DNA of 33,513 bases. Origin: a virus. Its lineage: Duplodnaviria > Caudoviricetes. Under the pieces are notes generated by a model. It searched no databases, had not been told where the DNA came from, and saw only the letters and a list, made by a program, of their open reading frames with translations. A program made the position numbers and the translations under genes. Positions 7,940-16,262 of the stretch are shown here, piece by piece; within the stretch, counting starts at the first letter, position 1, and every line of letters starts with the position of its first letter. Location: the IMG/VR virus record IMGVR_UViG_3300037423_002137, positions 1-33,513 of that record, one strand, 5' to 3'.

Positions 7940-9993
7940 TTGGTGTAGTGCTTTGAAATTTTCCCCTCGGCCGCCACGGGCAGGCCGGCTGCCCACGCCG
8001 GCGTTTCGCCGAGGATGTCGAGAGCCTGCTTGATCGTCTGCCCGGCCTGCATTTCGAGAATGACCTCGTCGTGGACGTGGAAGAGCACGCGGAAGCCGGC
8101 TGCTTCCAAGCGGAGGACGCCGAGCGCGAACACGTCGCGGGCGATGGCCTGCACGCAATTCTCGACGGCAAGCCCGCCGTAAACGCGCGTGACTTTGAAC
8201 GCGCCGGGGTTGCCCTGCTTCGCAGTCCAGCCGCCGGACGAGGAGACGTTGAAGTATTTGAGCGATCGTCCAGACGGCAGCTCGTTTTCAAACACGCCGT
8301 CGGAGACCGAGGCTTTGAACGCAGCGTCGAGCGTGCCCCAGAAATCCTTGATCAGCGGATTATCGTGACGGAATCCCATCACCTGAACCCACGCGTTGAC
8401 CCAGATATTTTTTTCCCGGCGGTCGAGTTCCGTGTTGAAGAGCAGAATTTTCTTTTTCGCTTCCCGGTTGTTCTTCACGTTCGCCATCCATGCGAGGAAC
8501 GAGAGAAACGCCTCTTCCTGCTCGGCCGATACCTCGGCGTTGAAGATCAGTTCGAACTCATCCGCCGAGACGTATTGCAGCACCATCGTAATGAACTTGT
8601 GCCAGCCGGCGCCGTAACCGAGGGCGAGGACGCGGGCCTTCGCCAAAGCGTAAAGCGCCGGGTTTTCCGTCTTCAGCTCGCCGCCGGTCCATCCCATCGA
8701 CGCGCGAGCGTGCGCCTCGTAGGGCGACATTCCGGAGGCGCAGTAAGCGAGGAAGTCGCGATTGCCGACGATCCAGTTGAGGACGCGCGGCTCAATTTGG
8801 GAGAGATCAGCAATGCCGAGCGTGCCGACGATGCAGGACCGCGCGTCGATCACCTGGCATTCAGTGAGAGGAACGATGACGTCACCGAGCCGGCCGCCCG
8901 TCACCTTGCCCTTTTTGTCCGTGATGCGGTCGAGCCACCGAAATTCCTCGTCGAGAAGGAGCGGCTGCTTTTCGAGATTGTGCAGCGAGACACCGCTTGT
9001 GCCGGACCAGCGGCCCGTTTTCTGGGCGCCAAAATACATGAGGCCGATCGCCGCCCGTCCATCGGGCCGGATCCGCTCGAGCCACGATTCAAAGAGATTC
9101 AGCGCCCGGTTGATCTTGCGCCAGTGGGCCAGTTGCCGGAGCGCCGGCACCGCATCGCCGTATTCGTCGAGCCATTCGATGAACTCGGCTTTCTTGATCG
9201 AAGTCGTCGAAGGAACCGGGACGTCGGCCTTCACGCATTCCTTCTCGATCGCCCGGGGCGAAGTCAGTGCGTAGGGCTTCCCCTTCTCGTCCGTCTCCGT
9301 AATCCAGGGAATCGACTGCTCAATGACCCAGAGCGCCTGTTTCAGTGTGCGGATGTAGCCGTCGAGCTTTTCCCGGTCCGTCGGGATCCCGCGAAATTCG
9401 ATCTCGCCGGTGTGAAGCGAAAGTTGACGCTCGTGTTCCGGCCACTGCGGCGAGAACTTTTGCCAGAGAAGCCATCCAAGAATGGCGTCGTCCAAGGCAT
9501 ACACGCACACTTCGTTCCGGAATTCCGGGGACATGTCGGTCCAGCGTTTCCCCTTCATGCTGTCACGCGTCGTCTTCGAATGCGTGATCTCCAGGCCGTA
9601 GGCCGCCGCGCCAGCGAGGTTACGGGGAAGGTGGCACCATGCGGCGAGGTCGGCGGTGTCGTGCCAGACCTTCGGGCGAACGTTCGGGACGAGCTTCTGC
9701 TCAATCAGCCGCTCGATGACGGTCCGGTCGAAATTGCGGTTGTGCGAGAGCCACGTGCGACCCGCGATTTTTTCCCACGGTGCCTGACTCGGGTGTCCGA
9801 CGAAAGAAATGTCGCGGCTGAAAATGGAAACGAGGTAGCAGTCCCAATCTGAGTGCCGGCAATACGCCCAGTTCCCGAGGTCCTTCACCGAACACGTTTT
9901 CGAGTAAAACGTCTCGGTATCGACCATCACTGCGTCCGGGTCGGGCGCATTGAGCAAAGCAGTAGCTACGGCAGCTTGGAGAACGGGGCTCAT
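7936..9993 (-). CDS. polA: Family A DNA polymerase with 3'-5' exonuclease domain
   Basis: Exo motifs DTET, HNRNFD, YALDD; polymerase motifs TGRWSG, A (ADLSQIEPRV), B (KARVLALGYG), C (HVHDEV). Confidence 0.95.
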   Translation of the reverse strand: MSPVLQAAVATALLNAPDPDAVMVDTETFYSKTCSVKDLGNWAYCRHSDWDCYLVSIFSRDISFVGHPSQAPWEKIAGRTWLSHNRNFDRTVIERLIEQKLVPNVRPKVWHDTADLAAWCHLPRNLAGAAAYGLEITHSKTTRDSMKGKRWTDMSPEFRNEVCVYALDDAILGWLLWQKFSPQWPEHERQLSLHTGEIEFRGIPTDREKLDGYIRTLKQALWVIEQSIPWITETDEKGKPYALTSPRAIEKECVKADVPVPSTTSIKKAEFIEWLDEYGDAVPALRQLAHWRKINRALNLFESWLERIRPDGRAAIGLMYFGAQKTGRWSGTSGVSLHNLEKQPLLLDEEFRWLDRITDKKGKVTGGRLGDVIVPLTECQVIDARSCIVGTLGIADLSQIEPRVLNWIVGNRDFLAYCASGMSPYEAHARASMGWTGGELKTENPALYALAKARVLALGYGAGWHKFITMVLQYVSADEFELIFNAEVSAEQEEAFLSFLAWMANVKNNREAKKKILLFNTELDRREKNIWVNAWVQVMGFRHDNPLIKDFWGTLDAAFKASVSDGVFENELPSGRSLKYFNVSSSGGWTAKQGNPGAFKVTRVYGGLAVENCVQAIARDVFALGVLRLEAAGFRVLFHVHDEVILEMQAGQTIKQALDILGETPAWAAGLPVAAEGKISKHYTK

Positions 9994-10220
9994 TCAGTCG
10001 CGGGGACAGCGTCTCGCTCGGGGCGCTGAATGCGGAGGATGGCGAGCGCGATCTGCTCACCGTTCCTGCTGCGCTCGATCGACAGCGGCCAATCGGTGCG
10101 CTTCATCCGGGCCATTTCCATTTCGAGCCAACGCTCGTAACGGACCGGACCGTTCCGGGTCTCGATCACTTCGGAAGGAGGTGCAAAGCGGGTGATGTAT
10201 TGGAGAATTCGGGAGTCCAT
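9990..10220 (-). CDS. Hypothetical protein (76 aa)
   Basis: Fills the gap and its stop overlaps the polA start. Confidence 0.7.
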   Translation of the reverse strand: MDSRILQYITRFAPPSEVIETRNGPVRYERWLEMEMARMKRTDWPLSIERSRNGEQIALAILRIQRPERDAVPATE

Positions 10221-10293
10221 CTTGACGTTTTGAAAATCGGGGACTCCGCTTCGCCTCGGTTATGGAAATCCTATGGTAGGGACGACCGTGACT

Positions 10294-10328
10294 AAAAAGC
10301 CGGGAGCGGGTTGACGCTCGCTCCCGGC
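10294..10328 (-). terminator. Intrinsic terminator after the putative SSB gene
   Basis: GCCGGGAGCG / CGCTCCCGGC stem followed by TTTTT on the minus strand. Confidence 0.8.
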
Positions 10329-10354
10329 CCTAACCTTGACGGGCGGAGACGCAG

Positions 10355-11113
10355 TTACTTCGCGAGGCGAGCGCCCAGCTCGGTTTCGATCCAGGTCACG
10401 AAATCCGGGTCAAGCTTGCCCTCGGCCTTCGCGGTCCATTCAAACCAATCCTGCTGCTTCACGCTGTCTTCCTTGTGGAAGGAAGAGATCGTGTATTTCG
10501 TGTCGTAGACTTTCGCGCCGGGGCGGCTCGATCGCGAATTGATGAGGCGATACACGTCGCGGTAGGACCCGCGGCGGAGCGTCGTCTGGCCGATGCCCCA
10601 GATCGTGCCGTCGGGTGCGGTGTAGTAGAACTCGCCGCTCTTGTCGTCCTTCGGGCCTTGGACGAGGAACGCCATTTGAGCGGCCTCCTCGACCCGGCTC
10701 GCCAGCGGATTCTCGCGGTTGAAGTCGACGGCGTAACCGGCATCCGCGGCTTCGCGCGCGCTGCTGAACACGCGGGGCACGATGCCGTCGCCAAATTTCA
10801 GGTCGGTGCCATTGCGGCGGACCTCGACGTAAATCTTGTGCTTGGCGACAGGGACGACCGTGATCGCCTCACCAAGCAGGACATCGCCGAGCACCAACTC
10901 GCCGACGTTCTTCGGAAACTTCTTCGACAGCGGACCGACCTTATTGATCAGGCCAAGAATCGGCGTCTGAATGTCGCGATTCGGATCGTCGTATTGGTCG
11001 GGGTTGTAGTTCGCAGGGATGTTACTCGCGGCGTTTGCGACGGCCGGAAGGTCACGTTTGATCTCAGGGGAAGCGCCGGCAGAAGCCGGGGCGGCGATGG
11101 TAGTTTTAGCCAT
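10355..11113 (-). CDS. Putative single-stranded DNA-binding / replication accessory protein
   Basis: 252-aa ORF between the exonuclease and PolA, the usual SSB slot, with its own upstream motifs and a terminator. The function is inferred from position. Confidence 0.55.
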   Translation of the reverse strand: MAKTTIAAPASAGASPEIKRDLPAVANAASNIPANYNPDQYDDPNRDIQTPILGLINKVGPLSKKFPKNVGELVLGDVLLGEAITVVPVAKHKIYVEVRRNGTDLKFGDGIVPRVFSSAREAADAGYAVDFNRENPLASRVEEAAQMAFLVQGPKDDKSGEFYYTAPDGTIWGIGQTTLRRGSYRDVYRLINSRSSRPGAKVYDTKYTISSFHKEDSVKQQDWFEWTAKAEGKLDPDFVTWIETELGARLAK

Positions 11114-11171
11114 TTTGGTAGGGACGAATTTTTAGTTTTTAATCTTGGTCTGACGTGGGCGACTCGGCGCG

Positions 11172-11209
11172 TCCGTGAAACCGAAATCAACCGCTAAGTT
11201 GTGTAACAT
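11172..11209 (-). promoter_or_regulatory. Bipartite motif ATGTTACACAA-N19-TTCACGGA, copy 2
   Basis: Same boxes and spacing as copies 1 and 3; lies just downstream of a terminator. Confidence 0.65.
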
Positions 11210-11249
11210 TGGATACTGTATCCGGAGTCTGGATACCCGCTAGGCGATG

Positions 11250-11277
11250 AAAAAGCCCGCCGGATCGTGGCGGGCTT
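11250..11277 (-). terminator. Intrinsic terminator after the exonuclease gene
   Basis: GCCCGCC / GGCGGGC stem plus TTTTT on the minus strand. Confidence 0.8.
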
Positions 11278-11281
11278 GACC

Positions 11282-12463
11282 TCAGACTCGCGTGAGTGTC
11301 GGCGAATCTTCCGCACGCTCGAAGACGTCGAGGTCCTGGCACCGGGCGAGGAACGCGGCAACGCGCTTCGATTTCTGCCCGTGCTCGGCCTTCGCTTTCA
11401 GCGTCTCCTCGAGCTTCGAAAAAGAGACCTCCGCTGCGTCGAGGATCTCGTCATTCGAGAGATCGAACTCCCGCGCGACCTGAAGCAGGCCGGCCGGGTT
11501 GACGAGCGCGCGCTTACCCTTGCGGTAGTCGAGCGAGTAACCCTCCGGCACGTGGCCGTCGAGCGCCGCCTGGGTCGTGTGATGGTAGACCGCGGCGGCC
11601 CACGGCGCCATGACCGAGGCGAGCTTGCGCAGCCGGCCGAGCGTTTCCTCGTCGGTCACTTCGCTGGCGTGCAACTGCTCCGGAACTTCCGGAAGTGCGC
11701 CCTCGTTCTCCGGGTCGTAAGCGATGGCGATCTTGGTCGCGATGCGGGTGAGCGCCTTGCAATTCCACCGCACGCCACAAAAGCGGCAGGTGTCGAAGTG
11801 CGGACGGAGCGTTGCGCCCTTGTAGCGCGGACGATCGGTCCGCTTCGCCTGAATGAGCACCGCGAGAATCTCGAGCTTCAGCTCGTCGATCTGCGATCGG
11901 TGGAACGTCGCGGTCGTGACCGAACCAAAGCGCGGCATGACGAAGTGAACGTGAATCGTCTGAAGGTGCGGGTATCTCATGAAGAGACCGACGACATAAT
12001 CTTTACCCTGCAAATTGATTTCCGCGTCGGTCACCTCCGCAGCTTTCACGAACTTCCAATCGACGAGGTCCGCAACAGTCGGCGCCTGCCGGCGAAGCAA
12101 CCCGTCCGGCTCGAGGTTCTCAGCGCGGAACCGCAAAAGATCGATGTAGCCCCACCGCCCCTCGATCGTGTCGATCTTCATTTCTCGCTCCTCGCGCATA
12201 GCCGGCGGCAATGTGCCAACGTAGTCGTTGCACATCTGCACGAGGCGTTCCTCAAACGAGGAATCGAGCTCGCCCGTGTCCCCGGTGTCCAGCGCCTCGT
12301 GTCCGCGGACGCCCTGCTCCGTGACCCAGTGAACCTTCGCCTTCTTGTCGGGACGAAACCCGGGGCACAGGGTGAGGTTCCCCAATTGGGACGAGGACCG
12401 TTCGGCGTGAGGACGCTCTTCCGGGGAAACAGGGACGGAGGGTGACGGGGTTTCGGTGTTCAT
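11282..12463 (-). CDS. DUF2800 / Cas4-like PD-(D/E)XK exonuclease
   Basis: HAERSSS..CPG, GVRGHEAL, GYIDL, VDWKF, NLQGKDY, CRFC...C. The start at ATG 12463 overlaps the upstream stop. Confidence 0.85.
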   Translation of the reverse strand: MNTETPSPSVPVSPEERPHAERSSSQLGNLTLCPGFRPDKKAKVHWVTEQGVRGHEALDTGDTGELDSSFEERLVQMCNDYVGTLPPAMREEREMKIDTIEGRWGYIDLLRFRAENLEPDGLLRRQAPTVADLVDWKFVKAAEVTDAEINLQGKDYVVGLFMRYPHLQTIHVHFVMPRFGSVTTATFHRSQIDELKLEILAVLIQAKRTDRPRYKGATLRPHFDTCRFCGVRWNCKALTRIATKIAIAYDPENEGALPEVPEQLHASEVTDEETLGRLRKLASVMAPWAAAVYHHTTQAALDGHVPEGYSLDYRKGKRALVNPAGLLQVAREFDLSNDEILDAAEVSFSKLEETLKAKAEHGQKSKRVAAFLARCQDLDVFERAEDSPTLTRV

Positions 12464-12687
12464 TTTTCTTCGGGTGCCGGGGTTCCTGCGAAAGTTTGCT
12501 CGGCGGTTAATTCGATTTCGTAGTGACGACTCCCGTCGCGATCCTCGGGCCACGTCACGCCGTAGATAATGACCGGGTGCGTCGGGTGCCCAGAGGCTTG
12601 AACCGCGGTGACCGGGCCCGCGCCTTCCGCGTTTTTCTGGAACACGGTGTCACCAATCCAAAATTTGCTTTCGATTCGGCGAGTCAT
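12460..12687 (-). CDS. Small SH3/KOW-like hypothetical protein (75 aa)
   Basis: KFWIGDTV...VTAV...YGVTW...YEIEL, with ATGA overlaps. Confidence 0.7.
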   Translation of the reverse strand: MTRRIESKFWIGDTVFQKNAEGAGPVTAVQASGHPTHPVIIYGVTWPEDRDGSRHYEIELTAEQTFAGTPAPEEK

Positions 12688-12878
12688 CGGAAGAAAAACG
12701 AGAAGGTGTGACGAATCACGCTGAACGTGACCTCGTGACAAATCAGCCACTTGGCCCACGCGAGCGGTGCGAAAAAGAAATCCACGATCGCCCAGAATAC
12801 GCTGTGGTGAATCGTGTGGCCGATCATCGCCGTAGCGATGGCGCCGAAGAACGTAGAGATGCGGAGGCTATTTTTCAT
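12684..12878 (-). CDS. Small membrane protein (64 aa)
   Basis: Hydrophobic, with ATGA overlaps on both sides. Confidence 0.7.
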   Translation of the reverse strand: MKNSLRISTFFGAIATAMIGHTIHHSVFWAIVDFFFAPLAWAKWLICHEVTFSVIRHTFSFFFR

Positions 12879-14161
12879 TTTGAAATGGGGTCGAGGTCGC
12901 CGTCGTTGATCTGCTCAATCTGCTTCACCTTTTTCTCGCATGCCTTCCGAACCTTTTCCTCGATCGTGCCGGCGGCGAACACGAGCTTGCGGAACGCGGG
13001 GGACTTCTGCCCCGCTCGGCGATTGCGGCCGAGGATTTGGACGAGGGTGCGAGCGGACTCGGGCGTCGAGATGACCGAGCACCGCGGACGCCCGTGGAGA
13101 TCGTGAAGCGAGACACCCGTGCCCCCGGCTTCCGCCTGACATAGGATAACAGGTTTCCGGTTCGCCTGGAAATCGGCGATGGCCTGGCTGCGCTCCGCTT
13201 CGCTCTGCCCGCCGACGATCTTCGGCGCGTCCTTAAAACACGCGGAGAGCGCATTCAAGCTGTCGTGAAAATTCACGAATACCGGGACGCTCATGCCCTC
13301 GGCGACGAGGTCGCGGATGAGTTCGACCATTGCGGGCACCTTCGCGAGCTCGGCGACTTGTCGGGCGCGGAGACGGAGCGTAATTGCCTCAGTAGCCTGG
13401 CCTTTTTCCGCTTCGATTTCTCGAATTCGATTATAAATCTCGGCCAGTTCTCGAGTGACGGCCTCTCCCGCTGCTCCGCAATCGAGAGAAACGGCCTCGG
13501 TGTGCTCCTCCGGAAATCCGGGGATGTCGGCATACCGGGTGCGATTGCCGCGGGAGGGGAAAATGAGGTCGTGCAGCTTATCGAGGGCGGGTTTGCCGCC
13601 GTGAAACTCAAACGCGAAGCGACCGCGAACAACGCCGTGCGCAAACGCGAACGACATGAAGTCCACGCCGTTGTGCAGGCCGAGAAGGTAACCGAGGGCA
13701 TAAAGATCGAGCGGGTCCTGCGCGGCCGTGGCGCTCATCGCGAGGGTCGGGATTCCCTGCCGGCGCGCGGCCATCATCAGCTTCGCGTTCTGCGTCGTGC
13801 GTTCCTTGCAACGGTGGCACTCGTCAAAGACGAGACCGGCGACGCCGCTCCCCCACTCGTAAACGCGGCCCTTCACCTTCCAACGGCCTTGTTGGAATTT
13901 CGGGAGCTTGGCTTGTTCGTAATTGGTCACGAAGAGGGGTTCGACGCCGACAGCCGCGAGGGCTTCACGCCATTGAGAGATGATGGTCTTGGGACACAGG
14001 ATTCCGGGACGGATGCCCAGTTGCTTGAAAACGAAGGCCGCAATGTAGGTCTTCCCGACGCCTGGGTCCGACCCCTCGAGCGAGGTCCGGCGACCGGACG
14101 AGAGCAGGGCTAGGTTGTGGGCGATGGCGGCGTATTGATGCGGGAGCGGTGAGACTGGCAC
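12875..14161 (-). CDS. SF2 (SNF2-like) DNA helicase
   Basis: PGVGKT, NYE, DECH, SAT, GGTGVSL, QILGRNRRAG. Confidence 0.92.
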   Translation of the reverse strand: MPVSPLPHQYAAIAHNLALLSSGRRTSLEGSDPGVGKTYIAAFVFKQLGIRPGILCPKTIISQWREALAAVGVEPLFVTNYEQAKLPKFQQGRWKVKGRVYEWGSGVAGLVFDECHRCKERTTQNAKLMMAARRQGIPTLAMSATAAQDPLDLYALGYLLGLHNGVDFMSFAFAHGVVRGRFAFEFHGGKPALDKLHDLIFPSRGNRTRYADIPGFPEEHTEAVSLDCGAAGEAVTRELAEIYNRIREIEAEKGQATEAITLRLRARQVAELAKVPAMVELIRDLVAEGMSVPVFVNFHDSLNALSACFKDAPKIVGGQSEAERSQAIADFQANRKPVILCQAEAGGTGVSLHDLHGRPRCSVISTPESARTLVQILGRNRRAGQKSPAFRKLVFAAGTIEEKVRKACEKKVKQIEQINDGDLDPISK

Positions 14162-14177
14162 TCTCCCACCGCGGGAT

Positions 14178-14224
14178 TCTGTGAATTAGGAAGCGAGCCG
14201 GTGGTTGTGTAACATTGTGTAACA
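14178..14224 (-). promoter_or_regulatory. Bipartite motif copy 3, with a tandem second TGTTACACAA box
   Basis: On the plus strand TTGTGTAACA occurs twice (14205-14224) and TCTGTGAA lies at 14178-14185; 17 nt upstream of the helicase start. Confidence 0.65.
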
Positions 14225-14369
14225 GCCTGTATCTTTTCCCGCACTACGTTCGGTTCAGCCCGAGCCCAACGAATGCTGTCACCAAACATTTTTCCGGTAA
14301 TGATCGGGAAAAGCTGGGCACCCGTTTTCTCTTGTTGTTCGTCAGACATGGCTCGCCTCAACCATTCGG

Positions 14370-14594
14370 CTAAGCATTCCATGCGGTGGCGGGCACCCAA
14401 ACGACTATGCCCACGTAGTCAGCGGCTTTACCCCCGGTCATAACGCTCCGCGCGAGTTGGGACGCCACTTCCGATTCCGTCGAAAAAGTCACTTCAGCGT
14501 GCTCTTTCTTTTGCCGCATCGAAACGAAAGATCCGTCGAGTCGCTGGTGTTTTAGGTCATCGCCGGCGCGTTCGAGGAGTTCAGTGATTTTCAT
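14370..14594 (-). CDS. Hypothetical protein (74 aa)
   Basis: MKITELLERAGDD...YVGIVVWVP; the internal ATG avoids a long overlap with the upstream gene. Confidence 0.65.
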   Translation of the reverse strand: MKITELLERAGDDLKHQRLDGSFVSMRQKKEHAEVTFSTESEVASQLARSVMTGGKAADYVGIVVWVPATAWNA

Positions 14595-14787
14595 ATTTTG
14601 AGAGTCGAACGCGAAGAAAGTGCCGAATACGTTCTCGGATTTCTTTGCGAATTGTGTGCCGGGCCTCAGAGGCACCTTCCATTCGCTCAGAGCAGACCGC
14701 CGCTCCGGGCCGTTCTCCGCAGAAGCGCAGTAGTCGCCTGAGCTCTCGGACGACGGCTGTCGTGGCCCCCTGTTTTTCATCGGTCAT
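14581..14787 (-). CDS. Hypothetical basic protein (68 aa)
   Basis: Tiles between its neighbours on the minus strand. Confidence 0.55.
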   Translation of the reverse strand: MTDEKQGATTAVVRELRRLLRFCGERPGAAVCSERMEGASEARHTIRKEIRERIRHFLRVRLSKYENH

Positions 14788-14790
14788 GGC

Positions 14791-14898
14791 TCAGATGGGG
14801 CCGCCGTCGTGCGGGCCGTCATGGGGGCCGCCCACGAAGAGAACGATGCCCAGGGCGATAACGACGAAGATGGTGTAAGCTAGCATCGTGGAGATCAT
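14791..14898 (-). CDS. 35-aa single-TM peptide
   Basis: Own translation: MISTMLAYTIFVVIALGIVLFVGGPHDGPHDGGPI. ATGA overlap with the resolvase stop. Confidence 0.6.
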   Translation of the reverse strand: MISTMLAYTIFVVIALGIVLFVGGPHDGPHDGGPI

Positions 14899-15416
14899 AG
14901 GATTTTCCCTCCGGTGAGTCCGGTTCCCCGGAGATTGGTCAGAGCAGCCCGGGCGATGAGATACGCGTCACAGGTTGCCAGGGTGAAAACGGCGGGATTT
15001 TCCGAGCGACCAGCGAGGGTGTTCGCGAGGTTCCGCAGATTATTTTTGTGCTCGCGGCGCCGCTTATCGGGCGCGGTCTCTTTGAGCTCGGGCAGCATGC
15101 CAGGATAGCAACTCTGCCACTGCTGCGGACGGAGGCCGAAGATGGTGAGACCAACGGCTTTTGCCGCGCCACGCCAGGCGCCGAAGTTGTCGCCAAAGGC
15201 GAACGCCGACGCCGGGTTCATGATCGGCGACGCATGCACGTCCTCGATCACAGCACAGATGTCCTTCACGCCGCGCCAAGCTTTGAGCTCGGCGACCATG
15301 TCAGTCTCGCTCTGATACTTCGAGACCGAGATGACTTCGAAATTGGAGTCGAGGACGGCGTAGCCGCCGGATTCGCCCGGGTCGATGCCGAGGACGTGGG
15401 AGTAGGGCGATTTCAT
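14895..15416 (-). CDS. RuvC-like Holliday junction resolvase
   Basis: LGIDPG.SGG, VIEDV, SAFAFG.NFG, PQQWQ, DAYLIA. Confidence 0.88.
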   Translation of the reverse strand: MKSPYSHVLGIDPGESGGYAVLDSNFEVISVSKYQSETDMVAELKAWRGVKDICAVIEDVHASPIMNPASAFAFGDNFGAWRGAAKAVGLTIFGLRPQQWQSCYPGMLPELKETAPDKRRREHKNNLRNLANTLAGRSENPAVFTLATCDAYLIARAALTNLRGTGLTGGKIL

Positions 15417-15628
15417 TTCGCCCCTCCCGTCATGGCAAACACTCGCGTCACGAGGGGCTCCGCGACCTTGCCGCAGAAGAAAAGGCCCCAAACTAACGAG
15501 AACAGGAAGCAGGCGATGGCGGCGAGGACGGAGTGAGATGGCGTCAAGGCCACGACAGCCGCGATCGGTCCGAACCACGCGAGGCCCACGATCAGGGCGA
15601 GGAGAGACAGTTTGAGGACGGTTTTCAT
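15413..15628 (-). CDS. Two-TM membrane protein (71 aa)
   Basis: Two hydrophobic segments; ATGA overlap. Confidence 0.7.
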   Translation of the reverse strand: MKTVLKLSLLALIVGLAWFGPIAAVVALTPSHSVLAAIACFLFSLVWGLFFCGKVAEPLVTRVFAMTGGAK

Positions 15629-15631
15629 TGG

Positions 15632-15892
15632 TTAAATTTCTTTCTTGGCGAGAGCGGCGCGCATGGTGCGCAGCCGATCCTCATCGCGCTTCTTTCGGTT
15701 GAGTTTCGAGATGCCGCCGAACGCGCCCGCGGTTTTGTGAACGCGGATTTTCTGAAACTTCTCATACCAGTCCTTGATGAACGTGGTGAGGTTGAGCGGC
15801 TTTCCCGCCGGACCGTGGGATCCGAAGAGACGCGGACGACCGGAAACCGGGGTGGGAAGTTGTTGGTTACGGAGACGGGATTGGATGCTCAT
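15632..15892 (-). CDS. Basic hypothetical protein (86 aa)
   Basis: The ATG is directly preceded by the TCGTCCCTACC box. Confidence 0.7.
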   Translation of the reverse strand: MSIQSRLRNQQLPTPVSGRPRLFGSHGPAGKPLNLTTFIKDWYEKFQKIRVHKTAGAFGGISKLNRKKRDEDRLRTMRAALAKKEI

Positions 15893-15903
15893 GGTAGGGA
15901 CGA

Positions 15904-16147
15904 AAGGGGCCGGTATATTTTCGCACGCGTGCCGGGACGCTCGTTGGCCTTCGCTTTACTTCAGTGGGCGCTGAAAGGTGTTTTGAAAGAGGTGATCCGG
16001 AGAGGGTAACGCCCTCTGTCTCCTGCGCTCTGAACGTCTGCGCCCAACGAGGGACGGCTTATGACAGGGAACCGGCTGGATAGGCGCCGGGTTGCTGAGA
16101 GCAAAGATGCAGGTGTCCTAGGTTCCTGGACGACCGGATCGAAAGAG
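15904..16147 (-). ncRNA. Putative structured RNA domain 3' of the tRNA-like element
   Basis: GATCCGG/CCGGATC, CTCGTTGG/CCAACGAG (crossing), AGAGGG/CCCTCT, CCTGC/GCAGG, GTCC/GGAC, TTCAG/CTGAA; no credible ORF. Confidence 0.55.
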
Positions 16148-16262
16148 TGTCAGCGGGAGGGACTCGAACCCTCATCGTGAACCACGCGCGGTTCCCCGTG
16201 CTTCATTATAATTGGGCACAGGCCGGAAGTCCGGTGCGTCTGCCAATTCCGCCACCGCTGAC
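16148..16262 (-). ncRNA. tRNA-like RNA (Leu-type D arm) lacking an anticodon loop and carrying two extra hairpins
   Basis: GTCAGCGG-TG-GCGGAATTGGCAGACGC-A-CCGGA-CT-TCCGG-[CCTGTGC..GCACGGG]-[GAACCG..TGGTTC]-ACGAT-GAGGG-TTCGAGT-CCCTC-CCGCTGAC-A. No encoded CCA. Confidence 0.85.

Noticed and set aside
8071-9852. 593-aa plus-strand ORF opposite polA (likewise 4302-5354, 11267-12445, 13265-14113, 30759-32180, 287-985)
   Set aside because: These are antisense shadows of well-supported genes in GC-rich DNA, with no recognisable motifs. This differs from the same-strand MTase overlap, which supplies a missing motif.
11282-12463. Cas4 as evidence of a CRISPR-Cas system
   Set aside because: It is a stand-alone phage exonuclease in the helicase-exonuclease-SSB-PolA module. 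No cas1/cas2 or array is present.
14110-14349. ORF MSDEQQEKTGAQLF...
   Set aside because: It runs through the bipartite regulatory motif and overlaps the helicase by about 50 nt. It may be real but cannot be supported.
16148-16262. Reading the element as a normal tRNA-Gly(TCC), tRNA-His, an intron-containing tRNA, tmRNA or Y RNA
   Set aside because: The TCC is needed as the 3' strand of the anticodon stem and no alternative 3' strand follows. There is no GTG anticodon loop. It lacks the G3-U70 Ala identity and has a full D stem, unlike tmRNA. No Ro60 gene is in the window.
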